DNA of 64,000 nt from Ilumatobacteraceae bacterium (GCA_035527095.1 DATLBC010000140.1:6820-70819); one strand, 5' to 3'. Shown: positions 15,715 to 24,965, counted from the first letter of the stretch. Notes: a model not told the origin generated them from the sequence alone. Numbers and translations: made by a program.

Positions 15715-17379
15715 TCAGTCGTAGCGGGCACTGATCCACCAACGTCGGTGCTCGGCAACGACCAGAAACCCGTCGCCGTCATCGGTGACCACCTGGAACC
15801 TGGCCAGTCGGCGCTGCCGCCCTGGCTCCCACCAACGCTCCTCGATCGGCCACGGACCTGCCCATGCAGCAATCCGTCGAGGACGTCCACGCTGCCAACC
15901 TGTGGCCTCGTCACCGGTCAACAGCAACAAGATCGCCGGTCGGCCCGACAACATGCTGCGGGCACTCACCCGCACCGCTTCGCCATGCTCGTCGAGCAGT
16001 TCGGCGGGGTGCGGTTCGGTGAACACCGTTGCCGGCGACGGTGATGGCAACGTTCCGGGCCATGGACCGGTGGGCCCACTGCCGGTGCCAGCCCCCGAGA
16101 CCGCCCGCGCCCGCCCATCGAGGTCGACCATGGCCGCCGGCACCCACCGGTATCGATCGGCGGGAAGCCGACCGCCGTGCCAGACCGGCACCGTCACTGC
16201 GTCGTCGGACGTGAGTGTGGTCAGCCGGGCGATCGCACGAGCGGCCTGCCGGTCGGCTTCGGACTGACCGCCCCACAACCCGAGCTGCATGCCATCGTCG
16301 GCGCGCACCTCGTCGGGCACCAGGCGAACCAACGCGACACCGCCGGTGAGTTCCTGATCGCTTCCCCGAGGAAGATTGATCCAGGCATCGAGCTGCCAGC
16401 GCACCCGTTCGACCATCGCCGCCGCCGAGAGTCCCGCCGATCGGTACCACGAGCGCTCGGATCGTTCGCCGTGTTCGGATTCGAGCACCACGACGAGCCG
16501 CGTGCACACCCGACCGTCAGCGGCGAGCGTCCCGGCCAGCTCGTCGGCCAGTTGCTTGGCGATGAAGACCACGGCGCTCGACTGGGCCGCCGGAGCGTCG
16601 AGGACGTGGTCGAGACGCCGCTCGGGTGCCGGGTCGGTGGTGCTGGTCGGACGGACGTCAGCGCCGGAAGCCAATCGGTGAGCGTGGACACCGGGATGTC
16701 CGAACCGACCGAGCACATCGGTCGCCGAGAGCGCAGCCAGATCACCGAGCCGGCGAAGCCCGAGCCGACCGAACAGCTCGATCAGCTCGGCGTTGCACTC
16801 GCCGAGCGTCTGCAGCCACCCGATCGGGAGGTCGGCGCAGAACGTCGGCGACGCACCCGGCTCGACGATCAACGCGTCGACACGGCGGGCCGCCAATCGC
16901 GCCGCCACGCTCGACGCGAATCGGCCGTCGGCGACACCGATACCGACAGCGGTTGCAGGTGTGCCCGCCGCGGTGATCGCCTCGATGAGCTGCTCGGACA
17001 GCCGGTCGACGAGCGCCTGATCGCCGCCGAAATACCGAGCGGGCCCGCGCGCCAACAGGCTGATCCAGCCCGGCTCGACCACATCGAGACGCGGGGACAG
17101 CTCGGCGATGCCACGGACGACCGGTTCGAATTCTCGAGCATCACGATCGATGTCACGATCGACCAGGGTCGCGTGGGGACAGCGCCGTTGGGCTTGACGG
17201 CGTCGATGACCGATGACCACACCCTCGGCGGCGGCAGCTGCCGTGCGGGCGATCACCCGATTTGCCCCCATCACGGCGGCCGTCACATCAGCCCCGAAAC
17301 CAGCGGCGGTCACCGGCCAGTCGGGGAACCAGATCGAGACGATCCGCGGCGGCGGTTCCGCCGAGCGAGCAGGAACCAC
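15715..17379 (-). CDS. imuB: ImuB, Y-family-polymerase-like mutasome subunit
   Basis: …RIVSIWFPDWPVTAAG… is the characteristic ImuB N-terminus, followed by Y-family-like palm and little-finger regions. It is about 550 aa, starts 4 nt downstream of the imuA' stop, and has a GTG start. Confidence 0.85.
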   Translation of the reverse strand: MVPARSAEPPPRIVSIWFPDWPVTAAGFGADVTAAVMGANRVIARTAAAAAEGVVIGHRRRQAQRRCPHATLVDRDIDRDAREFEPVVRGIAELSPRLDVVEPGWISLLARGPARYFGGDQALVDRLSEQLIEAITAAGTPATAVGIGVADGRFASSVAARLAARRVDALIVEPGASPTFCADLPIGWLQTLGECNAELIELFGRLGLRRLGDLAALSATDVLGRFGHPGVHAHRLASGADVRPTSTTDPAPERRLDHVLDAPAAQSSAVVFIAKQLADELAGTLAADGRVCTRLVVVLESEHGERSERSWYRSAGLSAAAMVERVRWQLDAWINLPRGSDQELTGGVALVRLVPDEVRADDGMQLGLWGGQSEADRQAARAIARLTTLTSDDAVTVPVWHGGRLPADRYRWVPAAMVDLDGRARAVSGAGTGSGPTGPWPGTLPSPSPATVFTEPHPAELLDEHGEAVRVSARSMLSGRPAILLLLTGDEATGWQRGRPRRIAAWAGPWPIEERWWEPGRQRRLARFQVVTDDGDGFLVVAEHRRWWISARYD

Positions 17380-17382
17380 GAC

Positions 17383-18006
17383 CTACCCCGGCAGCGCGAG
17401 TCGGCAACGGCGGCGACCGTGCAGGCGACGGCCGGATGCCTCGACGACGAGCCGACGGTGCTGCAAGTGGCCGTGGCCGTTGCCGAGCCCGACCCATTCC
17501 ACATCGTCGGCGTCGAGCACCCCATCGCACGACAGTGCACCCGGGTCGCCGAGCACGAGCATGACGACGTCACGCTGACGCAGACGGGTGGCGACCTTGC
17601 GCATCGCCGACGGTGAGAGCTCGGCCGGAACTCGAGCGATCAGGAGATCGAACCCGTCGGCAGCCGCCGCGACGACATCCGGCCATCGGGCCGCCTCGGC
17701 GCGTACGGCGACGACTCGTTCGAGCGGAATTCCGAACTCGCTGGCGGCGTCGAGGCCGATCGTGGGCACGTCGATCGTCGCCAGCCACGACCCTGCCGCC
17801 ACCGCAGGCGCCGCCAGTGCCAACGCCAACGACGTGGCCGCTTGGCCGGCACAAGCAAGCGTGCGTCCTCTGACCAGGCCACGCTCCGGAAAGAGCTCGG
17901 CGAACGCAGCGGCGACCGGCAATGTGCGTTCGCCCGCCAATGCCAGGGGCGCCACACGCTCGGCCAGCGCCGAGAGTTCACTCGGGAGTTCGACAGCGAG
18001 TTCCAT
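17383..18006 (-). CDS. imuA': ImuA' (RecA-fold, inactive) mutasome accessory protein
   Basis: The ATG at 18006 gives MELAVELPSELSALAERVAPLALAGERTLPVAAAFAELFPERGLVRGRTLACAG…. The gene sits immediately upstream of imuB and carries a LexA box 12 nt upstream. This call rests mainly on position and overall resemblance. Confidence 0.7.
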   Translation of the reverse strand: MELAVELPSELSALAERVAPLALAGERTLPVAAAFAELFPERGLVRGRTLACAGQAATSLALALAAPAVAAGSWLATIDVPTIGLDAASEFGIPLERVVAVRAEAARWPDVVAAAADGFDLLIARVPAELSPSAMRKVATRLRQRDVVMLVLGDPGALSCDGVLDADDVEWVGLGNGHGHLQHRRLVVEASGRRLHGRRRCRLALPG

Positions 18007-18018
18007 TGCAGCATGGTA

Positions 18019-18034
18019 TCGAACACACGTTCGC
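18019..18034. promoter_or_regulatory. LexA (SOS) box upstream of imuA'-imuB
   Basis: TCGAAC-ACAC-GTTCGC. The extended 19-nt GTATCGAACACAYGTTCGC is shared with the dnaE2 box. Confidence 0.75.
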
Positions 18035-18054
18035 ACTTCCACCGCGGGCGGATA

Positions 18055-18114
18055 GTCCCCGGAGCCCGGGTCTCGGGGAACCACAGTGGTTCCCGGAGAC
18101 CCGGGCTGGGGGAG
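18055..18114. repeat. long imperfect palindrome (about 27-nt arms), REP-like or terminator element
   Basis: GTCCCCGGAGCCCGGGTCTCGGGGAACCAC-A-GTGGTTCCCGGAGACCCGGGCTGGGGGAG. The core GGTCTCGGGGAACCAC is identical to 4035..4050. It sits between the CarH-like stop (18120) and the imuA' operator. Confidence 0.6.
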
Positions 18115-18119
18115 CCGGT

Positions 18120-18974
18120 TCAGTGGGCAGCGGTGTGAGCGGCGAGGAGTTCGTGCATTGCGTCGCCACTCGAGGCGCGAGCGTGGGCTCCGAGCGCCAA
18201 TGCGTGCTCGTCGTCGAGCACCGCGTGACCACCGACCACCACCAGCACGTCAGGATCGACCTCGCGCGCCCGAGCGCATGCATCGGCCAACGCCGGCAGG
18301 TTCTCCGATGACATCGCCGACAACCCGACCGCCAACAGATCATTGGTCTCGCGGATCACGTGGGCGATCGACTCACTCGGTACGTCGACGCCGAAGTCGG
18401 ACACCTCCCATCCACGCAGCCGCAACAGATCCCCCAACATCGCCACCGGAAGCGCATGGAACTCGCCGGCGGGTGCGCCGAGCGCCACCACGCCTCGAGA
18501 CCGGCCCCGTCGGGTGAAGCGCGGTCCGATCCGTCCGACGATGCGCATCGCGATACCCGTCGCCCGGTGCTCGATCGAGATGTCGAGTTCGCCTGTCGCC
18601 CATCGCTCGCCGATGCTCACCATCGCAGGGGTCAAGACGTCGAGATAGATCTCGTCCAGTTCGGCCCCTGCTGCCATCGCAGCTTCGACCACACTCCAGC
18701 TCCCCGGCGCATCACCGGCGACCAGCCGAGATTCGAGCCGTGTCGCCCACGGCGCCTTACGGTTACGGGCACCGCCCTTGCCGGACGGTCCGGTTGCGGC
18801 CGATGCTTCGGCCGCCTGCTCGCGGAAGCGATCGAGCGCCGAACGCTGCACCTGCCAGACACCGCCGGACTTGGCGGCGTCCAACACCCCGAGGCGCACA
18901 TACCGGTACGCGGTCATGTAGTGCACGCCGAGTTCGTCGGCGACTTCCTGCAAGGTGAGTACAGCGTCGGTCAT
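18120..18974 (-). CDS. CarH/LitR-like regulator: MerR/excisionase-type HTH fused to a cobalamin-binding domain
   Basis: The N-terminus LTLQEVADELGVHYMTAYRYVRLGVL is an HTH. ERW-ATGELDISI-EH is a W-x9-E-H motif, followed by GAPAGEFHALPVAML (E-x-H) and a Rossmann-like B12-binding fold (…LLAVGLSAMSS…VLVVVGGHA…). Confidence 0.72.
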   Translation of the reverse strand: MTDAVLTLQEVADELGVHYMTAYRYVRLGVLDAAKSGGVWQVQRSALDRFREQAAEASAATGPSGKGGARNRKAPWATRLESRLVAGDAPGSWSVVEAAMAAGAELDEIYLDVLTPAMVSIGERWATGELDISIEHRATGIAMRIVGRIGPRFTRRGRSRGVVALGAPAGEFHALPVAMLGDLLRLRGWEVSDFGVDVPSESIAHVIRETNDLLAVGLSAMSSENLPALADACARAREVDPDVLVVVGGHAVLDDEHALALGAHARASSGDAMHELLAAHTAAH

Positions 18975-19080
18975 GTCAGGTCCCCAGCCATCGCTGGCGA
19001 GCCGACGCTAGAGCGGACGCACCCCGGCGCGCCCAACCCTGCTCTGATGATGATCAGATGGCCTGTCGACGAAATCGGTG

Positions 19081-19548
19081 TCAGCCCTGCTTGGCGTTCC
19101 AGCGCTCGCGGCCCAACCGGCCCCGCTCGAGCAAATGGGCCGGTACTCGTTTGACGGCCTCGGAGAGCTCGGCGCCGCCCTCGCCGCCGTCACCACTCGA
19201 CGGTGCCGCCTCGGGCTCGTCGAGTTGCAGGTCCTCGAAACTTGGCGGCTCGACACCCGGCTTCCAGTACTGGTACAGGTCGCGTACGATGTCGGCCAGG
19301 CCAGCGGAGTCGTGGCCCTTCCCGAGGTCGACGGTGATGATGTTGCCGTACACGTGGACCGCATCGACCTGGCCGGTCGCGAACATCCGGCGCGCCAGTT
19401 CGTCGGACGGCGTGTTGCCCCATGCGTCGGCAACCGACGCGAAATGCTCGTGGCCCATGCCGGACAGACTGCGATTGATCTCGAAGCGAACGACCCCGCG
19501 TGTCGAACTCGGCTTCTCGGTGACGGCGACCAACTGACCCATGGGCAT
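19081..19548 (-). CDS. Nfu/NifU N-terminal-domain-like protein
   Basis: …RGVVRFEINRSL…SDELARRMFATGQVDAVHVYGNIITVDLGKG… fits the Nfu_N pattern (…LA..LF.I.GV..VF.G.DFITV.K) as I recall it. The C-terminus is an acidic/Gly tail. Confidence 0.5.
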   Translation of the reverse strand: MPMGQLVAVTEKPSSTRGVVRFEINRSLSGMGHEHFASVADAWGNTPSDELARRMFATGQVDAVHVYGNIITVDLGKGHDSAGLADIVRDLYQYWKPGVEPPSFEDLQLDEPEAAPSSGDGGEGGAELSEAVKRVPAHLLERGRLGRERWNAKQG

Positions 19549-19595
19549 CGAACGCTAGCGCCCCGAGACGGTCGCCGACCCCATCCGTGACCCAC

Positions 19596-20264
19596 TCATG
19601 TCGACGACTCGACGACGTTTGCGAGCTGCACGGCGACCAGACGATCCTCGGAGGTCCCTCGCACGGCGATCACGGCGCCCTCTCGACGGCTCACGAGCGC
19701 AATCGTGTAGCCGGCGCCGGAGTCCGAGCCCGGCGCGAGGAACTCGGCGATCCCGACAGCATCCGCGCTCACGTCGCCGACCGGTTCGATCGCGTCACGA
19801 CGGAACCAGTCCGACTCGATGACATCCTCCGAGACGTAGTGGATCTCGGCCACACCCGCGCCAGCGGTGAATCGACAGGCACCGTCATCGATCGGCTCTG
19901 CCGACGCCACGCCCACCCCCGCTGCGGCACCGAACTGTTCAGCGACCTGGTACTCACCCAGCCGTACGCAGGCGTCGAACGGCAGTGCCTCGGGAAGCGG
20001 TGGGAGGGCGACGTCGCTGTCCGGATCGGGGCGCGGGTCACCGACCAGCTCGGTCGTGACCGGTCCGGTCGGGCTCTCGGGGGCGACGGCGACGTCCTCC
20101 CCAGAACCGAGCGTGGCCGGAACGGTCGGGACCGGCCGCATCTCACCGCTCGACGACTCGTCGAGGCGACTCCAGCTGCACCCGGCGGCCAGGACACCGA
20201 GCAACACCACGATCGCCGCTGCGCGGGCGCCGTTTCGTGGGGTTCGTCGGCGGTGTTCGACCAT
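19596..20264 (-). CDS. lipoprotein, function unknown
   Basis: The ATG at 20264 gives MVEHRRRTPRNGARAAAIVVLLGVLAAGCS, a signal peptide with an LAAGC lipobox. Confidence 0.65.
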   Translation of the reverse strand: MVEHRRRTPRNGARAAAIVVLLGVLAAGCSWSRLDESSSGEMRPVPTVPATLGSGEDVAVAPESPTGPVTTELVGDPRPDPDSDVALPPLPEALPFDACVRLGEYQVAEQFGAAAGVGVASAEPIDDGACRFTAGAGVAEIHYVSEDVIESDWFRRDAIEPVGDVSADAVGIAEFLAPGSDSGAGYTIALVSRREGAVIAVRGTSEDRLVAVQLANVVESST

Positions 20265-20357
20265 GAAGTGCCACGGTACCGCCCGTGACCTGGTGCGATT
20301 CGTCGCTCCAGCGCCACATCGCCTCAAGATTTCGTCTGCCTTCGACGCAGCAGCCTG

Positions 20358-21614
20358 TCAGCGCAGCGCGTCGGCCAAGACCGCAGGAAACTCATCGGGG
20401 GTGGTCGCCAGCACGCTCGCGCCGAGCGCAACAAGCGCCGCAGCATGATCGTGATCATGGGCCGGTGCGCCTTCGTCGCTGAGCGCGAGCAGCACGATGA
20501 CCTGCACTCCCGACTCGACGAGTTCACCGACCCGACGACGCATGACCTCGGCGTTGCCGCCCTCGTAGAGGTCGCTCACCACGAACAGCACCGTCTCGCG
20601 CGGCCGCTCGATCAGCTGTTGGCAGTAGGCGAGTGCGTTGGCGATGTCCGTGCCGCCCCCGAGCTGCACGCCGAATAGCACCTCGACCGGGTCGTGGAGA
20701 TATGCCGTGAGGTCGGTGATCGCCGTGTCGAACGCGACGAACGAGGTCCGCAGCGCCGGGAGTTGTGCGAGGACGCCGCCGAACAGCGACGCGTACACCA
20801 CGCTGTCTGCCATCGAGCCCGATTGGTCGACAGCGATGATGACGTCGCGAGCGAGGCTGCGCTGGCGGCGTCCGTGACCGACGAGTCGCTCGGGCACGAC
20901 GGTGCGGTGTTCTGGTATCCAGTGCCGCAGATTGGCAGCGATCGTGGTCGGCCAGTCGATGTCCCCGGGCCGCGGTCTCCGAGTGCGCGCCGACCGCGAC
21001 AGGGCACCGCGAACGGCCTGGCGTGTGTGGTCGGCCAGACGGCGCTCGAGGTCGGCGAGCACCTGGGCGATCACCTGGCGGGCAGTCGCCCGGGTCTCGT
21101 CGGGGAGGTGGCGATTCAGTTCGACGAGCAGCGTGACCAGGTGGATGTCGGGCTCGACGCTTTGCAGCAGCTCGGGTTCGAGCAGGAGCTGGCGCAGGTC
21201 GAGCCGCTCGACGGCGTCGCGTTGGAGGATCTGGACCACGGGCGTCGGGAAGTACCTGCGGATGTCGCCGAGCCAGCGCATCACCGACGGTTTCGATCTG
21301 CTCAACCCGCCGGCACGATTCGTCCCACGGGCGCCCTGCTCGCCGCGGTCGTACAACGCTCCCAGCGCAGCGTCGATGCGTCGGTCGTCTCCACGCAAAC
21401 CTGCCCCGGCCGACGGGCGGCCCGAGGCAGCGGCACCCTGGCCGGATCCATCCTCGTGTCCCCCATCGCCATCGCCATCGCTCGCGACAGTCGTGTCGTC
21501 GAGCCCCGCCTGGCTGTCGGCCTCGGCCCACACGTCGTCGGCGGCGGGGCCGAGCAGGAGACGCCAGCGTCGACGTCGCTCGGATTCGGACACGGTCGGC
21601 GTCGCCGGGTTCAC
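20358..21614 (-). CDS. VWA-domain protein (CoxE-like)
   Basis: The GTG at 21614 overlaps the upstream stop (GTGA). The MIDAS motif is VIIAVDQSGSMADS, followed by …GGGTDIANAL…FVVSDLYEGG…. The first roughly 590 aa of track ORF 20358..23384 are R-rich and overlap the upstream gene out of frame, so I discarded them. Confidence 0.85.
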   Translation of the reverse strand: MNPATPTVSESERRRRWRLLLGPAADDVWAEADSQAGLDDTTVASDGDGDGGHEDGSGQGAAASGRPSAGAGLRGDDRRIDAALGALYDRGEQGARGTNRAGGLSRSKPSVMRWLGDIRRYFPTPVVQILQRDAVERLDLRQLLLEPELLQSVEPDIHLVTLLVELNRHLPDETRATARQVIAQVLADLERRLADHTRQAVRGALSRSARTRRPRPGDIDWPTTIAANLRHWIPEHRTVVPERLVGHGRRQRSLARDVIIAVDQSGSMADSVVYASLFGGVLAQLPALRTSFVAFDTAITDLTAYLHDPVEVLFGVQLGGGTDIANALAYCQQLIERPRETVLFVVSDLYEGGNAEVMRRRVGELVESGVQVIVLLALSDEGAPAHDHDHAAALVALGASVLATTPDEFPAVLADALR

Positions 21615-23800
21615 GAGAGACCCACCCCGAGCATGTGGCGCACCGTCGACAACGCGGCCGCGGCCCGTGCGGGGTCGACGTCGGCCCCGAACCCCCCGGA
21701 ACGTTCGACGCCGATGCCCATCAGGAGTCGCATGAGCTGTCGTCGTTCGGCTGCTTCGAACGCACCGAACGTGCGGCGCAGCAGGGCGATCACCGCATCG
21801 AAGGCATCTGGTTGCAGCGACGCAACCCATCCGTCGAGCACGGCGAGGAGGTCGGCGTCGTGGATCAGCACCGACCCGGATCCGGCGAGGAACCCTTCGA
21901 CGAACGCTGCGCCGCTCGCGGGTGGCGTGCCGGCCGACAGCGCCTGCGACAGTCGACGCTGCACGGCGTCGACCGACCAGACTCCGGCGTCGTGGAGAAG
22001 TCGCGTGGCGCGACCCTGCACCAGACCGTGGCCGCTCCCCGTCGCGAGTTCGACGAGCACGATGGGCAGGCCGTGACGACGGGCCGGATGATCGAGCACG
22101 GCGAGCGCTCCCTGCAAACCGGCGAGGCGTTCGACGAGCACGGCCGCACCGTCGTCGTCGAGCGAGTGCGCCGATGCAACGAGGCCGGCCAGGATCCGAA
22201 CGACGATGCCGTCGACGACCTCCCGAAGCGCGCCGGCATCGGTCGAGCGGACATCGCCATAGCGCAACGCAGCCGCGAGCGGCGGCAGCGCATCGAGCAG
22301 TCGACCGACGTCGGGGTCGGTGGCCGCCCTGCTCGCCAGGCGCTGCACGGTGGGCTCGACCGCTTGAGGAAGGTCCGCGAAGAGCGCCGAGCTGATGATG
22401 CCGACCAGCTCGACGATGCCCGACGATGCGGCGGCTCGTTCCAGCAGTCGGGCGGTCGCTGCGGTGTCCAGCGTCGTGCCGTAGCCGGCACGTTCGATCA
22501 GGCGCACCGACAGCTCGGGATCCCATCGCACCTCCCACGTCTCGCGGAATGTGCCAGACGATCCCCGACCGTCGACAACTGCACCCCACGGCACGCCGAG
22601 CGCGACGAGACGGTGGAGGAGATGCGACTTGCGCAGGCCGGTCGGGGTGCGCAGGTCGACCTCGACGAGTGTGGTCTCGGCACGAGGTGGGAGGCGAGCC
22701 GACTTCTGCGCCTTCGCGACGTCGCGGGCGAGCGGCACCTGCGGGGCGGCGTCGGGGACAGTGCCGAGTTCGTCGCCGACCACCAGTTCGCGTCGCACGA
22801 GGTCGAGGCCGCCCATCACAGCGTCGGCGGCGTCGAGCACTTCGGACAGCCCGACCCGGGGTCGGCCGCGCATTGCTGCGAGCGACTCGGCCAGCCGGGT
22901 GCCGGCGATCAGGTGATCCGGCGACGCCGACCCGCCGCGTTCGCGGACGAGTCGCGCCGCGTCGACGAAGAATCGAGCGACGCCGTCGCTCCCGGGGTGA
23001 TCGAATACGTGGCGATACCAGCCGGGGCTGTCGACGCCTGCGGCGTAACCGGAACCCGCAACGAGCCGGCGATGTGTCCACGGCACCCAGGCAACGGCGG
23101 TCTTGACCTTGGGGAGCCCACGCAACGTAGCGGTGTCGGTGGAGACGTTGGGGGTGCCAGGGGCGTCGATGTCGAGGGCGGGCACGTGCCACGCTCCACA
23201 CACGACAACGATTTGTTCGTGCCCGGCCCGGCGGGCAGCGCGTATCGATCGGCGCATGTGAGCCTCGCGTTGCAGCTCTCGTCGCGTCGGCACGAAACCG
23301 TCGCGGGCAGCGGCCATCGCCTCGGCGACGGCGTCGAACGCTGGGGCGCCGTCGCCCCGGTGCTCGATCACGTCCTCCCACCATCGCTCCGGGTCGGGGT
23401 CGCCGGCCGCGGCGGCGAGTTCGCGCAGCGGGTCGGGCGGTGCCGACTCGGCAACGAGCGAGACATCGTCATCACCAGCAGCGGCGGCGAGCGTGACCGC
23501 CAGCGGCAGGTCGACCGCGTGGACCTCCACGTCGTGGACATTCGCCCAGGCGATCGCCTGCCACTCGGGGCTGAACGTGGCGAACGGCGCGAACGCGGCC
23601 CGCCCGGGCTCGGCCGGAACGTAGGTGAGCAGCGCGACCGGCGGCACGAGGCCCGGCTCGCCCACCCACCGCAGCGCAGCATCGACGTCGGCAGGCGCTT
23701 CGACGAGCACCACGTCGGGTTGGATGTCCTCCAGTGCCCGCAGCACCGACCGAGCCGACCCGGGTCCGTGATGACGGATGCCGAGCAGGTGGACGCTCAC
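21611..23800 (-). CDS. large conserved protein, DUF5682-like
   Basis: 729 aa, starting MSVHLLGIRHHGPGSARSVLRALEDIQPDVVLVEAPAD…VVVCGAWHVPAL…. The family name comes from my memory of how this protein is annotated in actinobacterial SWIM/AAA/VWA clusters. The GTG start overlaps the AAA stop (GTGA). Confidence 0.7.
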   Translation of the reverse strand: MSVHLLGIRHHGPGSARSVLRALEDIQPDVVLVEAPADVDAALRWVGEPGLVPPVALLTYVPAEPGRAAFAPFATFSPEWQAIAWANVHDVEVHAVDLPLAVTLAAAAGDDDVSLVAESAPPDPLRELAAAAGDPDPERWWEDVIEHRGDGAPAFDAVAEAMAAARDGFVPTRRELQREAHMRRSIRAARRAGHEQIVVVCGAWHVPALDIDAPGTPNVSTDTATLRGLPKVKTAVAWVPWTHRRLVAGSGYAAGVDSPGWYRHVFDHPGSDGVARFFVDAARLVRERGGSASPDHLIAGTRLAESLAAMRGRPRVGLSEVLDAADAVMGGLDLVRRELVVGDELGTVPDAAPQVPLARDVAKAQKSARLPPRAETTLVEVDLRTPTGLRKSHLLHRLVALGVPWGAVVDGRGSSGTFRETWEVRWDPELSVRLIERAGYGTTLDTAATARLLERAAASSGIVELVGIISSALFADLPQAVEPTVQRLASRAATDPDVGRLLDALPPLAAALRYGDVRSTDAGALREVVDGIVVRILAGLVASAHSLDDDGAAVLVERLAGLQGALAVLDHPARRHGLPIVLVELATGSGHGLVQGRATRLLHDAGVWSVDAVQRRLSQALSAGTPPASGAAFVEGFLAGSGSVLIHDADLLAVLDGWVASLQPDAFDAVIALLRRTFGAFEAAERRQLMRLLMGIGVERSGGFGADVDPARAAAALSTVRHMLGVGLS

Positions 23801-24912
23801 GTGTCGAGGGCGCGGCAGGCGTCGTAGAACTCGTCCCAGCCGGGACGTTCGCGCACGACGGCCTCGAGATACTCGCGCCAGGCGATCGCGTCGTGAACCG
23901 GATCGCTCACGACCGCGCCGATGATCCCGGCGGCGACGTCGGTCGAACGCAGTTCTCCGTCGCCGAAATGTGCAGCAAGGGCAAGCCCGTTGGTGACGAC
24001 CGAGATCGCCTCGGCGGTCGACAGGGTGCCGGTGGGGATCTTGACGCTGTTGCGCTCGTCTTCGGTGAGGCCGGATCGGAGCTCGCGGAACACGGTGACG
24101 ACCCGGCGGATCTCGTCCGCGGCGGCGGGAACGTCGGGCAGCGCGAGCGCCACGCCGAGTTCACCGACGCGCCGGCTGACGATGGCGATCTCCTCGTCGA
24201 TCGTGGTGGGGAGCGGCAGCACGACCGTGTTGAAGCGCCGCCGCAGCGCGCTCGACAGGTCGTTGACGCCACGGTCGCGGTCGTTTGCGGTCGCGATGAC
24301 GTTGAACCCCCGGATCGCAGCCACCTCGGTGTCGAGCTCCGGCACCGGCAGCACCTTCTCGGACAGCACGGTGACCAAGGCGTCCTGCACCTCGGGTGGC
24401 ATACGGGTGAGTTCCTCGACACGCACGATGGCGCCGCGCTCCATACCCCGGTAGATCGGGCCGGGCACGAGCGCCGCGGTGCTGGGACCTTCGGCGAGCA
24501 GCCGGGCATAGTTCCAGCCGTAGCGCAACGTTTCCTCGGTGGTGCCTGCGGTGCCCTGGACGAGCAGCGTGGAGTCGCCGCTGATCGCTGCCGCGAGGTG
24601 CTCGCTCACCCAGGTCTTCGCTGTGCCCGGCACGCCCAGCAGCAGCAACGCCCGGTCGGTGGCGAGCGTGGCGACAGCGATCTCCACGAGCCGCTGCTGG
24701 CCGACGTACTTCGGCGAGATCACCGTGCCATCGGACAACTGGCCACCGAGCAGATAGCGCACGACCGCCCACGGCGACATCTTCCAGCCCGGCGGGCGTT
24801 CGCGGTCGTCGAGTGCGGCGAGTGCGGCCAGCTCGTGCTCGTACTGGTGCTCGGCGTGCGGACGCAGCACGTCGCCGGACGGCATGTCACCCGGAGGGAC
24901 TGGTGCACTCAT
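23797..24912 (-). CDS. MoxR/AAA_5-type AAA+ ATPase
   Basis: Walker A is LLLLGVPGTAKTW. The Walker B-like motif is AIVRVEELTRMPPEVQDALVTVLSE. The sensor and Arg-finger region is …VIATANDRD…LSSALRRRF. I chose ATG 24912; upstream alternatives exist at 24963/24966. Confidence 0.85.
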   Translation of the reverse strand: MSAPVPPGDMPSGDVLRPHAEHQYEHELAALAALDDRERPPGWKMSPWAVVRYLLGGQLSDGTVISPKYVGQQRLVEIAVATLATDRALLLLGVPGTAKTWVSEHLAAAISGDSTLLVQGTAGTTEETLRYGWNYARLLAEGPSTAALVPGPIYRGMERGAIVRVEELTRMPPEVQDALVTVLSEKVLPVPELDTEVAAIRGFNVIATANDRDRGVNDLSSALRRRFNTVVLPLPTTIDEEIAIVSRRVGELGVALALPDVPAAADEIRRVVTVFRELRSGLTEDERNSVKIPTGTLSTAEAISVVTNGLALAAHFGDGELRSTDVAAGIIGAVVSDPVHDAIAWREYLEAVVRERPGWDEFYDACRALDT

Positions 24913-24965
24913 CGACGACGACGCTACCGACCGACCGTCGCTCTGTTCCTGCTGCCCGACCATCA

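Noticed and set aside
19042-19055. Inverted repeat CTGAT-GATG-ATCAG upstream of the CarH-like gene, considered as its operator.
   Set aside because: The arms are only 5 bp. It does not resemble the CarH operator repeats I remember, and such short palindromes are expected by chance.
21615-23384. N-terminal roughly 590 aa of the 1008-aa ORF 20358..23384, which would make a giant VWA protein.
   Set aside because: This part is Arg/Pro-rich nonsense. It overlaps the well-formed DUF5682-like gene in another frame. A GTG at 21614 forms a GTGA overlap with that gene's stop, and sensible sequence begins right after it.
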